A program made the position numbers and the translations under genes. From contig CM120646.1 in NCBI GenBank assembly GCA_051362555.1, positions 15,810,001 through 15,874,000 on the forward strand: 64,000 bases of DNA. The letters are read 5' to 3'. The notes below the pieces were generated by a model. The model saw nothing but the letters and a program-made list of their open reading frames with translations, had not been told where the DNA came from and did no database searches. This DNA is from Lingula anatina (Eukaryota; Animalia; Brachiopoda). Of this stretch, positions 51,249 to 64,000 are shown one piece after another; positions within the stretch are counted from its first letter, which is position 1, and every line of letters begins with the position of its first letter.

Positions 51249-54200
51249 AAAACCAACAACCCTGTCGTTTATTTTGCGTAAGTGTATTGACAGTTAATTA
51301 ATTATATATATAGCAGGATGTTGGTTTCAAATAAGTGATACTACACTGCCTAATTGATTGACTGTCTGTTGGTCTTGTTTTGTTTTCAGTGGCAGGAGTG
51401 GCTGTTTAGTTTAAGGAAGACATAGTGAGTGACCCCCCCAAAAGTGACCAGTACAGGACAGAGATACCCAGACCACTCTGGTCACCAGTTGTGATTAAGG
51501 GGGCAGAATGGAAGGTATCTATACAATTTTATAAGGTTTTTCTTATTTACAAATATGTCCTTGCAGAAATATCTTTCTCATTGGTATTCAAACACACAAG
51601 GGTTGTTACCTACACCATACTGCCTTATTGCAGTCTTAGAGTTGCCTTTACATGTAAATGATTGCATAGGTTGTTTTGCAAAAGAATTTCAAATTGTTAC
51701 GGTAAAGTTAATTGTAATTGTACTTTTTTCTGTCTTATTGTACACACATGCACACACTTTTTATACAACATTTTACATACAAGACTGTTTTACCATGACA
51801 AAACAAGATAATGTGGCTCATCTCCTTTCTTAATATTCTTAGGTTGGGGTACTTTGGACTATTTGGAAACTTGTTATTGAACTTGTGGCCAATGTTATCT
51901 TTTTTTTATGATAAGGTGAGATGGAAATCCCCTTGGGGCCAGATTAATGGATTTCTAAAACATTGTTACTGTTTTGATTTCATGGAGACTAAAAAAAGAT
52001 AGAGATTCTTGAAGCTCGTAATTGTCACAGATAAAGATATTGATTTCAACATTATGAAAGGAGATGAGACCTCAGTATCATACACAACAAGTCTCAGCTT
52101 TGCAGATTTCTTGTTTTGACAGTTTGTTATGGGAAAAATTCAAAAGAAAAGATTTGTGCACAGACCATGTTCTATCTGATATTGAATAAGGCTCTTCTTG
52201 TGGCCACCTGGTGTCAGAAATATTCTTGTCTGCCCCATATTGGGACCACCAGGGGTCAATAAAAAAAGAAAAAAGCTGTCTGGTTTTATTTCACTTAAGG
52301 GAATACAAGGTAGCCAGTGATATGTGTCACAAAGTTGATGGGCTGAGACTTGTTGATGAAAGCATCGATTTCTATGAATTCAGGTACACATGCACACACA
52401 TTATCGTTCACATATACAGGCATCATGGTCACCTGAACAACGACTGGCTACATTCTGATATATGTCCCAATTTTATTCCTGATAAAACACTATTTGTGTA
52501 GTTATAAAATTAGCTTTACGATAAGTGGGAGCATTTGAGACTCCAATTCCCTTTAAGTTGCTGTTGAGCAATTTTCAAAATTTTGCACATTTCTTATTAT
52601 TTGTTTGTTATCATTTGATCTTACTTTTTCTGTCCTTGAAAATTATATTTCTAATAATAAAGAATTTAACTCAAAGTAAATAAAACCTAAATGATACAAC
52701 ATTTCAGAATCAGCAAGAATACAACTGAATCAAAATTGTATGGCTTTCAGGTAAATTAACTCAAGCCATCTACTTTTTTTATACCTGACAGTCTTCAGAA
52801 GTTAGCTTTTTTTCATCTTTATCCAAAGAAAAATGGTTGAATTGCTTTAACAGTAAGATGGCTTCTGTTATTCTCATCGACAAAATTGAACTGAATGTCA
52901 AAAGGAAATGGAAAACTAACTCTGTTGTTAATATTCTCTCTCTCTCTCGGCTGGATGTTGCTTTCTAAGCAATGGATTAAGATAAACCTACAGATGAGAT
53001 TCTTTTAGGATGTGATGGATAGTTAGTAGCTAGAGTGTCTAGGGAACAGTTTTGGTATATCAAATAAGATAAAGGAATAATGTGATTGCATTCAGCCATC
53101 ATGTCAAATGGGCTTAGATTTGTTTGAGAGCTCTCATTGAGCTTTACCAACTGTTTGAAGGGTATAATGGGCCTAACATCTTATATTTAAAATGAATATG
53201 TGTTTAAAAGTAAATTTTGGGAGATGAAACATCCATGGAACTCTAGCTTCAATCGGCAAAAAAACTGCTACAAAAAAAAAAAAAAAAAAAATGGATTCAA
53301 TAAATATGCATTAATAATGCATGGCTGATTAGTTCCTGCAAACTAATGCAATGCAAAAGTGGTGATTACCCATATCAATCAGCAAATTATACATAGACTG
53401 CCTTGAAGGCAAATCATTATTCCTTGATGAAGATCTCATTTGTTAGAGTGTATACATTTGTATTTAAACAATCCCAATTCTACAGGCATTCTGTTCGTTA
53501 TCAATCTGTGAGACATATTTATTGCAGACTAGGCTTAAAACAGATAGATGTGGGTTGGAGGAAGGAATTGAAGATGAGGCGAGGGTGAAGCATGCCATTA
53601 TTCATATTGTGTAACTTTTCCACCACAATTTTAAGCAGCACAAAGCCACATTAGGGGTACTTGTCCCTGTCGGTGGCTGTTTGCTGCCCTCCCAGTGCTC
53701 ATCATGTGAAAATTGAACCGTGTTTAAGCTGCTTTTGGTTCACTGGGACTGTATAATAATGTAAAAGAGATGGATGTAATGTACAACATCAGTGGCCCTG
53801 TAGTGGCATTATATGAGGTGCTTATGATCCAGAGGGCAGATGAATGTTCAGGAGACAATTTAGTAAAAGGCTTTTTTTTTTTCGTATTGGCATTTTTATG
53901 TGGTGATTATTACATAAATTATTTTGGTGGGTAATATTCTAGTGTCAGTTATGAAAACATTTTGAAATTGTTTAGAGGAAACGTCACATGTTGTTCTTTA
54001 AGACCAAAAAAAAAAAAAAAAAAAAAAAAGGAAGAAAAAAAAAGACCAAAAAAAAAAAGGAAGAAAAAAAAATCCGTTGGTATGCAGGTCACTGTGAACC
54101 CTCCTGGACCAAAGGGTCTGCTGCACACAGTAGTCACTTAAGAATGTTTCCCCTCAGATGTGTACACTCCTGGGTATTTTCTGGGGTGCTAATGTACAGT

Positions 54201-57200
54201 GGCCATGTGAAGGCACTAATAGGGCGTAAATGGAACTGCAAATACTTGAATGGCGTCCATGGCAGTAATTGTTAACATTTTTTTTTTTGCAAAGTTTCCC
54301 TGCTTGCAAATTCTTCTGCTCTCCTACCCCCCCCCCCCCCTTCAAGTGCTTGCTGCAGTATATTCCCTTGAATTAATTCTAGTCACAACCTCCTGAAAAT
54401 TGTTTTAGATTACGTAGCCTCTTAGAAGTGGATTGGTATCCCCACCGCAAGTGTAATTTACTGGTAAAGGTCAATATTTAAAGCCCTTTGATTATAAGAT
54501 AGAAGTCTGGGGGAAAAAAAGGAAATCATTTTATTGATGAAGAGGAATGAGAAAGATGTGGATGGAATAACGGCATTCCTTGCAAAATCTTGAGATGTTT
54601 TCTCCATCGATAGATCATGCATACTTAAAAACAACTCAATGAGATAATCAAACAAAAGAGCCATACAGTTCAGCTGGTTTCATTATTTTTTGCCTTATCA
54701 CCAATAAAACCCTTCATGAAATACATCTAAATAATGAGAGACAAGATTTTGGATCAATGCAAAGGAGAGAAATAGGTTTGTGAAGGAAGGGAGTGGGCTG
54801 ACAATTAGATAAAAGATAATAAAAAGAAAATCAGTTTCCTAATTTGATGACAGCGCATGTCAGCAAGAAGAGAAATGCCAGTTGATAGCAGGCTAGAATT
54901 ACTGGTTTCAGGGATAAAATTAAGTTACAGATGCACAGGATGGAGTGGGCAAATGTATCCCCAATTTCTTTATTAGATGATGGTTCTCTGTTGAGGAGAC
55001 GTGCTGCTTTTTTTTTTTTTCCTGGTAAATGTCACCAAAAGTTATCTCAGTTAGACAGCATTATCCAGTCAAGAGAGAGGGAAGCTACATTTGAATATAA
55101 ATAATTCAATCTGTAATCAATCATTTCCTATTTTACAGTTGAATGTATCAACGTTTCAATTGTTCATTACCCTCATATTCGACCCAACCTACTCCATGTT
55201 GTCCATAAATAGTTTGGTTTTTATTAATTGATAATGCTGATTGTAATTTAAACATGTTGCATCCATTACATTCTCCGTTTCTTTGTAATTTTTTTTTAAA
55301 GGATGAATCAGGCATGTATGTGATTATTTTTTCCTTCATGAAACTTGTATTTGAAATAAGTGCACAATAATGTTTTGAAAGCAATACATCAAAAATATTA
55401 TATATCAGACTACCTTGAAAACTATGTCATCTGGTCAGGTGACCTGAAGCCTCCCCACACAACATACAATATGGCAAGCCAGACTAACACATCAATATGG
55501 TCACCTAAAAGTCCTTCAGGATGTATCTGGGGAATCCTGACAGCAAAAATTAATTGTTGTTTCGTTTTGTGTACTGTTTGTGGCCATTTCATATAATACA
55601 AAACAGTGGTCCTTTTGATGGATTAGACTGGCCTGCTGAGACATTAACACAACAAAATATGACACACTGATGTGTGTACTACATTAATTTGTACGTAATC
55701 TCTGCATACATACAGAAAAAATGTTTCTCTTTCTCTGTTTACTTTTTATATGCATTTTGTGCCCCAAAAGTAAACAATAAAAATATCTTGTTGCTATGAC
55801 AACAGGGCTGATTGTCTTTGCTTGATTTTCCCTCCCAGATCAGGTTACCATGGTTACGTCAAGCTCGTTTATCTACAGGTTTTTACCGTTGTCTTGTTAT
55901 AATAAGTGTCCATAAGATGCTCTATTGAAACAAAGGAGACACAGTTTTATTAACCTTTCTCTTTATTAACCTTCTTTGATCTCTGATATTTTTCTCCTTA
56001 TTTGGTTTTTGTTCAGTGCTTTTTTTAATTTTGGCAACTAATCAGTATTAGATTTTGCATCTTGCTTTTGTTTTTAGTGCGGATGCATCCTGGGGGAGAT
56101 CAAAGGAAGTTTTAACATGCTACACTAGTTTTCCAGTCATGTATGAAAAATTTGCGAAGCCTGTGTAGTACTGCTGCAAGAATGTAAATTTGATTAAGAC
56201 ATTTTCTTATTCATGGATAAGAAAAAACAGTACTCCTATTTAAATTGCTACGGTATATAGGCTTCCACTGCATCTCCCTCAGACGTATCTTTGCATGGAA
56301 TGGCTTGAATATTGCATCACAGTTGCTTCCTTTCATTGAACTGTCTCACGTGCTCTGATTGGTTGGTTTCAGTATGGGTGACTGCTTCAAGACCAAACAG
56401 AATACATCTCTCATAATCAGAGCTTGTGAGAAGTTCCCATAGTATATATATTATACTATTTACTTCCTTATTTCACTCAATTTTCCCCCCAGTTCTGGAC
56501 CTGGCATGTCTGGGTATCACTTCTTAGATCTAGAGCCTAGGTAGGATATTTGAGATTTGCCAGGGTCTGATAAGAAATGTACATAGATATCCCTGCCTGT
56601 TGCCATGGAGTTCGATAAAGTTTTAATATTCATAAAAATCTTTTTTGTGATTCAAGATTAACTTTTGTGTATGTAGTAATGCATTTTGTATAAAATTCTT
56701 TAAGATAGTCATCATTGACTTGGTTTTAAATATGGATGATCATGAACAAAAAAAGAAAAGAATAGAAAAAAAAAACCTTTGTAGCATCAAGGGAATAAAA
56801 GGCAGCTAATATCTATGTTCAACATGACTTCCACAAAAGAAAAGAAAATATTATTTTTGTATTTGTATAATGTGGGCCAAAATTGCACATGTAGTCTGCC
56901 ACCTTTGGGTTAACCCTTTGAGCACTGAATGCACTGGAGTTTGGGATGTTAGCCAGTATACTAGCTGATTGTGACTGACAGTGGGCTCTTTAGGGTTGAA
57001 AAATTTTTTGAAAAAAAAAAAAAAAAAAAAAAAAAAACTTATGTACAAAGCATTCTCAAACATATTCAGTCATACTTGAAAAAAATCTGTTAAGTTTCTT
57101 TCTTGTAAAAGTTTTTTTTAATGAAAATTATTATGGATTGTTATTCACATTTTTTCGTCAAACCAAAATTTTTTTAAATTACAAATCTGAAACATGAAAA

Positions 57201-58791
57201 AATATTGAAAATGAAGTCTTTGAAAAACACTGTGCCTTTTTGGAGCCCATTGCTCAGACATTATTAGAATGCTCTGATTCCATATTGCTTGTTCATAATT
57301 TTACTATTATGGGATGTTGCTATGCTCACTGGGAATGATTGGCCTAGTTTTTTGAGTGGCTGTGTAGAGACCACCACTGGTGATGATGTTCACGTCACTA
57401 GTGGCAATGTGCATCACGCTGAAAACGATGTGCATTTCACCAGTGATCAGAACCATCTTCTTTGAGTTCTGTGATTGAATTTTATTTGTTGCACTTGTAA
57501 GCAGCACACAAACAGTCACTGTTATGATTATATTCATTATTTTTGATTATAATTACCAATATATTATTATTCTCTCACAAGGGGGAGCTTGCTGTACTGA
57601 GAAACCCCCCTGATCTATGATCTGTGTGCTGTCTTGTAGAGAAAATAATGTACTTAAATAGCTGTATGTCTGTATCATTATTATATCATTGCAATTATTA
57701 TTATTATTATTATTATCATCATAACCATTTTTGTCTGTACTGATTTTGAGTTCCATGTTATAACGATAAAGCAACTATTATACCAGCTATTTTTTTACAA
57801 GTTAAAACACAGGTTGCAATGCCACAGATCATTACTTTTGTATAATGTATTTATCTAGTGGCTATGATGTAGTAGGTAATACTGTTGATTATATATGTGG
57901 CATATATAGTAAAAGTATTTTACAGCTGCACTTTAGTTTCCTTGGTCAAACAAACAGGTTTACCAGCCCAGAGTCAGGGTTACGTACATTCATGTAGTCT
58001 AATCAGTGTGACTTTTTTGCCTTTTGAGGTTTATGAGTGGCACATATATCTGTAGTTAAAAAAAAACAGAACAAAACTTAGATCAAAAACTTGGTTGTCT
58101 GAAGCTTTTGTTCCCATGTGTTTGTTATTGCTACTAAGGGTTCTTCTCTTTTTTTTTTTTCATCTTCTTTGTTTTTTTTTTTTTTATTATTCAACAGCTA
58201 TAGTGACACAGTGGTGAGATGGTCACTGATAGCCTAATACCACTGCTGGCTGCTCTGCTGGAGCAAGTCTATGCTCAGTTCATGCTTGCAACCAGTTCAA
58301 ATTAAACTACTTCCAAAATTCATGCAGAGTTCCCCAGGAACACATTGTAAGTTGTGCGAGCACATTTATTTACAGGCCCCAACTGAAAATTACATATTTC
58401 ATTAATGAGTAGCTCAAGCAATTAAATCTGTTATATTTAAAAAAAATGAGTATGACTATATGTAGACCTTTTTAAAAGATCAAACAATGAACAAGCAGAC
58501 TTTATGATAAGTTTGATTTAAAAAAATTGTTTTTCTGGGGAACTCTGAATGCAAAACCTGCAGCCCCACCATTCTTAATCACCCATCAACACATATGGTG
58601 CTGATACTGCTTTTCAACTAACCCTGCCTTGGAGAAATTGTTTCAAATTTCTTATTTTGTCCTCATTATTATGACAAGAGCACCCTTTGTATATGAAGTA
58701 GCACCTTCTATTCTGTGCTGTGCAAGCTTGTTTCCTGGGATGTCTCTGCTGTGCATGTGTGGCAATAGTTTTGAGAACGGCGCCGGATTAA

Positions 58792-58984
58792 GGGACAGTT
58801 CACATGGAATGTCTATTTTCTAAAAATCTATTTTCTATTTGCGGTATCTTGTGATCATGGTCTGTGCCCTGAATGTCCCGCGGCGTAATTACTGGCAGCG
58901 CGAGCCAGTTACTTCCGTGATCACAAGATACCGCAAATAGAAAATAGATTTTTTAGAAAATAGACTTTCCATGTGAACGGTCCC
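58792..58984. mobile_element. Tourist-like (PIF/Harbinger) MITE
   Basis: ~65-bp TIRs GGGACAGTTCACATGGAA...GCGGTATCTTGTGATCA / TGATCACAAGATACCGC...TTCCATGTGAACGGTCCC, with TAA target duplication at 58789-58791 and 58985-58987. Confidence 0.92.
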
Positions 58985-59111
58985 TAACCTAGTGGGTACT
59001 GGTAGCATATGTTAGATATGGGGTACCTGTTAAAGGGTACTAGTTGAGGACCTATAATGCATAATAGAGAGGGCTGTATTGAAATATGTTTAAGTTGTAT
59101 GGTGCAAAGGT

Positions 59112-60075
59112 CAGGCCTTCCCAACTACCAGACTCGGCACCTACGGGTCCAGAATAAACCGGTATATCTGACCACACTACCCGTTTTCAAGGTGTGTGTC
59201 AGATCGCATAAAAGAGTATCATACCCTATCACAAATTCTATAAGCCTACCTGTCATCCGGGTATCGCGCCTCGTTTTCGTCAAGTAGGAGTCGCATGAAT
59301 ACAACAGACGACCCCCTCAATCAGGGGGTGGAAACGTGCTACTTATATGATTAAGACGAGCCTAGCCGTCAGTACCGGTTATTGTTTTGTGACCTTGAGG
59401 AGCAATTAGGTTTGGTCGTTGCGGCATGCATCAACAGTAGTTGAACTACCACACCTGGGTCTTTTGTTTTTGCCAACTGTTCACTCGTCATCGAGGCGCT
59501 TGTTCAAGACTACAGGCTGACATCTACTAGTACTACCAGTGGCTTCATTAGTAACGTTCCCACAATACTTAAGATTTCTGTCCGTGCGTACAAACCCTGA
59601 AAAAGGACAGCCTCGCTGACGAGAACAATGGACGTTTCTCACCCCTCTCTAGGATTACCCCTGCCCTCAATCTCGTCCATCCCGGTAGTCACGAAAATAT
59701 TTAACCCCCGACAGAATATGCTTCTGCTATCAAAATTAGGTCTACTTTTCTAAATCAATAAATAAGTTTGCAAGTTCTTATTTACAAAACATCAATGGCT
59801 ATGTCCGAACCTAAATTTTATGTTAAAAATTGCGGTACTGTCAGATTTTAACATAAACAGAGAAAATTGCAGCAGCGCATGAATCTAGATGAGATGCACT
59901 ACTTTCCAACCCCGCTTAGGATCATTGCTATCACATCACGCACCAGGCAAAATTGGTGTGGTGGCTGATACTCTGTAATGCGATCTGACACACACCTTGA
60001 AAACGGGTAGTGTGTTCTGATAAACCGGTTTATACTGGACCCGTAGGTGCCGAGTCTGGTAGTTGGGAAGGCCTG
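59112..60075. mobile_element. Non-autonomous DNA transposon with ~110-bp TIRs and a 6-bp TSD
   Basis: TIR CAGGCCTTCCCAACTACCAGACTCGGCACCTACGGGTCCAG... / ...CTGGACCCGTAGGTGCCGAGTCTGGTAGTTGGGAAGGCCTG. AAAGGT is duplicated at 59106-59111 and 60076-60081. Confidence 0.93.
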
Positions 60076-63000
60076 AAAGGTGCTTTGGCATATGTTATAA
60101 GTGGCCCCTCCTTATGCTACTTGTACCTCTACCAGGTAAATATGGCTCTGAGTAAGAGAGAGACTATGAGGTTTTAGTATATAATGTAAGGGTGTAGATC
60201 ATGGAGGACTGACTGACAGCCTATCCCCTGCCTGGTTAGTTGTGTGGCTTTCTTGTTGTTAACTTAACCCCTCCCCCCCTTTTTTTTTCACCCTTCTTCC
60301 CATTTCCTCTCTTATTGATAACCAATAAGTTGGAATGCTGTTTTCGAGCTTGCTCTAAGATTTTGAATGAAAATGGTTTTACTGACTTAAATGTGGAGAA
60401 AATGGTAAGAAGTAGAAACAATTCAAAACACATTTGGTTCCATAATTTTCATTCAACATTTTAGACTGGGAAGAAAGGTAGACTACCAGAACAGTGCACA
60501 TCTCATAGCAGAAGCCAGTGTTTAGTTACAAATGTTTTCATTTTAATTACAAAGGGCGTCAAATGTTGATATGATTTCAGTGAATTTCACAGAAAAGGAA
60601 AACATTAAAATTTAAACTATTCATTGATAAATTTCTTTGGGGATGAACATTTGTGTATTTGGCCGGGGGTTCTGTGAAAAATTCAAGTCTGCTTTTGCAG
60701 TCAAGAGTGCACTGTACCCGTGGGCCTCTTGTTGTCAAATAAGCTTACAGGAAACTGTGGACATTCCATGTTTAACAGAATACTTGGCATATAGAATCTC
60801 TTGCTCTTTGTTTTAAAAATTCTGAAGACTTAACTTTTTTTGCCTTATAATGATTTTTCTCTAGGATAAAAAAGAATTGCAAATCACATCTCTTTCCACT
60901 TCTTCCAATTTTTAGTATTATCTTAAAGTTTTGTTGACATCACATTTGATATTAAGATATACTTTTGCCTTCATTGCTGTTATTTTGTCGTGTAGTAAAC
61001 ATGCTACAAGAAGGTATTCTGATAAACATGTCCCTTTGATTTGACCTTATAAACAATAAGGATGAATGTAACACTCAATTAACACTGGGAATACGGATAC
61101 AGATGTTTTCTTTAATTTCCACTCTCTTTCTTTCTTTCTGTCTGTCTGAATCTGTGGAAAGTAAACCAATGAACCCTAACATGATTAGTCAAATTTGCAG
61201 ACCCCTTACTCTACTCAGACTTGCAAGTGACACTTCTTATTGAACATCAAGCATTAACATTTGAATTGTGCATATAAATCTATTGATATGATTTATTTTT
61301 CCCCTAGGCCTTTTCTTTTCCATTTATCAAAACATTGTATGTATTGTATTGTTTTTAATGTGATTACCATTGGTGAAAGTTTGGATGTTTTACTGCTAAT
61401 TTTGTTAAATTATTGCACATTGTTTTGCTAGAAGTTTGAAAATGTGTAGTGTGTACTTGAAATACAACTTTGGCTATTAATTCAGTTTGTTGTATCATAG
61501 TAGATTGCAGTTCAATTTTTAACTGGTAGATAAAGTTTGATCAACTTATAATTTTGGGTATTTTATAGAAAGCAACAAGACACAGCTGCTTGGAAGTGAA
61601 TAATTAGACACATAGTTTCTCAGAAAAGATGTAACATTGAATACAGTAAACCTTTCGCCTTAGAACTATCTATTTTGTAGGAATATCAGCACTTGCTGTA
61701 GGAACCATGGTATTGCTTTCATTTTTGTGTTTGAAAATCTGCTTTGTGATAAGTTGAACTAACTAGATGATTTTTTTTGTGGGATTGGTAGAGAGAGAAG
61801 GGAAATGTTACAGATTTTTTTGAATGCTCTGTAGAAACTAACCCCTAACTTGGGAGTTAATTCTAATTTTTGTGAGCACCACCTTGCAACTAGCATATCA
61901 CTTAATGAGCAAATTTCTTCCTTTTCTCCATTTTTGTGAATCTCCAAATGTGCTTTGAAATGTGTTTGTTCTTTAACATTGTGAATTTGTTCTTTAGTAA
62001 ATTCAGCTTTTTTTATTACATCAAAGAAAAGATCACTTCCACCAATTGATGAGCTTAAGTAAAAAAAAGCAGATGCTATAAAAATATACATATTCTGACT
62101 TGTGTTGTATGAGTTAGCTTGTTACATAACATGTTTAAAAAAACTGTTTCAGTGATAGTATTATTTTATAGGAACAATTTATGCTGTTGGTATAAATAGA
62201 AATATGATGAGCATTTTATTTTTTCAATTATATTGAATTGCTGAGTTTTGTGTGTTGATGGCTGTCTGAGTAGAAATCATAATACAAATTTGTAGGTGTT
62301 GCTATTTTAGCGCAGTGCGGGTTCCATGTGTGTGGTTGCGTTTGTTGTACCATATCTCTGCATCAGGTGTGAAGTGAAACAAAAACAAATATCCTTATTG
62401 TCAGAAAGGGGGGGAATTGTCTTTTTCCACATTGATGATTGAGTCCTCATTCATCAGGAAACAAGATACTATTGATTTATGATATTTAGGGGAAATTAGG
62501 AAAGAAATGAACTGTTTTATGGCACATTTCTGGCAAGGTGGATGTAGGGTGAGGCCTTGGCGCTATGACACACTTGCTCGTAACTAGAGTGTGTCTGTAG
62601 CATCAAGTGTCTTTGCCCAGTCTATTGTAATTATTTGGTAGTTGGGAACTATAACACTTGCTTGTGTCTGGATAATGAAAAACAATCATGATAATCTTGC
62701 CATTGTTCCAGCAGTGTGGATGTAGCTCATATTATTGCATGTTAGTTCTCCCAGTGTGAAAGGTGCTTCTAGAACATCTCCTCAGCCCTCATAAAAGAAT
62801 TTGCTCGAAAAAGTGATTTGCAAGCTTGGCATGCCCAGTTCAGATACAATCTACAGCAGAGTAATGAAGAGATGTAAGAAGCACTTTATCCCCTTTGCAT
62901 GCTTTGGTTGATGATACTAATTTCTGCTGGTGGGAATTGTTATCACTAATTCCATTCTTTCAGATCAAGACTGTAAGTGACTTGAGAATTAGATATAATG

Positions 63001-64000
63001 TAACACAATGAATGGGCTAATTTTTTTTTTTTTCCATCGTATCCCTATGTACCGGCACTGTATTCTAGATCTAGCCTGCTAAAAATAGTGGCTGGAAAGT
63101 ATAGCAGACTCATGACTGAAAAGCTTGCTAACTCACAAGTATCATGCTGTGCTGTTTGGATATTTCATTTTCTTTTAAAGTGATATACAGACACATGTGT
63201 CTGTATGTCTTATTGTTACCCGTTTGTCTATTTAACATGATTTTCTGTGCCAGTCACTTTGTTGCAAATATATTTTGCTGTTGATTTGCACCTCACATTT
63301 TTGAATTTTTTCAGTGGTTGTCTGTAAATCTTTCAGCTTAGCTGGTCATTTTTTTTATCTCACAAAGTGTGTTTGAATTTTAACATTGTATATTATTTGT
63401 AGGATAATCAGAACCTAATTTTTTAGTATTATATTTTTATTTAAATTTTTTTCAATGGTGAAGGTTTAAATAAATTTGATGTTGCATTCCTCGTTGCACA
63501 TGTAAATAATATCATATTACTCCCATGTGTATATACATATCTTTAGTGGTTGTTTTGAAATTCCATTTGGATTAAAAAATGCCCCCATCACTTAATATCA
63601 AACATTCATTTTGTCTTCTTCAAGATGTAATTTAGCCAGTTTAATATTGAATAGACCAATGGTTCTGTAAGAAATTGTGTTTAATCTAGCATTAAAGCAT
63701 TAAGAGTTCCACACACACAGTATTTTGTGCTTCATTAAAAGCTAGCCATTTTCTCTCAACAGCGTAAAACTTAATTTGAATCCGTGGGATCGGCGGACCT
63801 GGTAAAACTGAGACACTTTTCTTGACTTGCTAGCTTTGTGCTGCACGCATTTGCTATGGTGTTTATATTATTATGTTTTTCATCCTTATATGGTATTACA
63901 GACTTGATTATCCATATATGGTGATCACTGTTCCCTCTATCATAACACTCTATTTGTACACATATATATATAGTCCCAACTTGATAGATATTGCCTTTCC

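Larger units (their letters stand above)
35944..51514 (+). other. Candidate non-coding (5' UTR or lncRNA) exons of a long-intron transcript
   Basis: Acceptor/donor pairs: 35944-36021 (ctgttttag/GTGAGT), 36175-36297 (ttttccacag/GTAAGT), 45272-45336 (ttctgtttcag/GTAAGT), 51390-51514 (tgttttcag/GTATCT). No continuous ORF. CCAAT-like motifs lie at ~35067-35087. Confidence 0.4.

Noticed and set aside
32700-64000. Many 60-120 aa ORFs
   Set aside because: Low-complexity or random composition with no coding-exon structure or motifs; expected by chance.

Overview
AT-rich, intron-containing animal DNA, with a repeat content that suggests an invertebrate such as a mollusc (inference). In order: (1) the last 10 coding exons of a CCDC191-like gene (+, 350-4943) with Sfi1-type repeats. 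(2) A repeat-rich interval (5.5-12.3 kb) holding a frameshifted LINE ORF1-like gene with no ORF2, bracketed by direct copies of a nested-hairpin module that expands into a TIR-bounded 4.5-unit array, plus a LINE RT remnant. (3) A divergent CEP164-like gene (-, about 12.5-27.0 kb) with a ~290-aa N-terminal extension and 13 tandem 147-nt (49-aa, 7-heptad) coiled-coil exons. (4) A tandemly duplicated ~0.91-kb promoter-like unit. (5) An intronless NXPE/SGNH-type pseudogene. (6) About 30 kb of mostly intronic DNA with short non-coding exon candidates, MITEs and microsatellites. Gene models were built by eye from splice sites and reading-frame continuity. Homology calls come from remembered motifs, not database searches.
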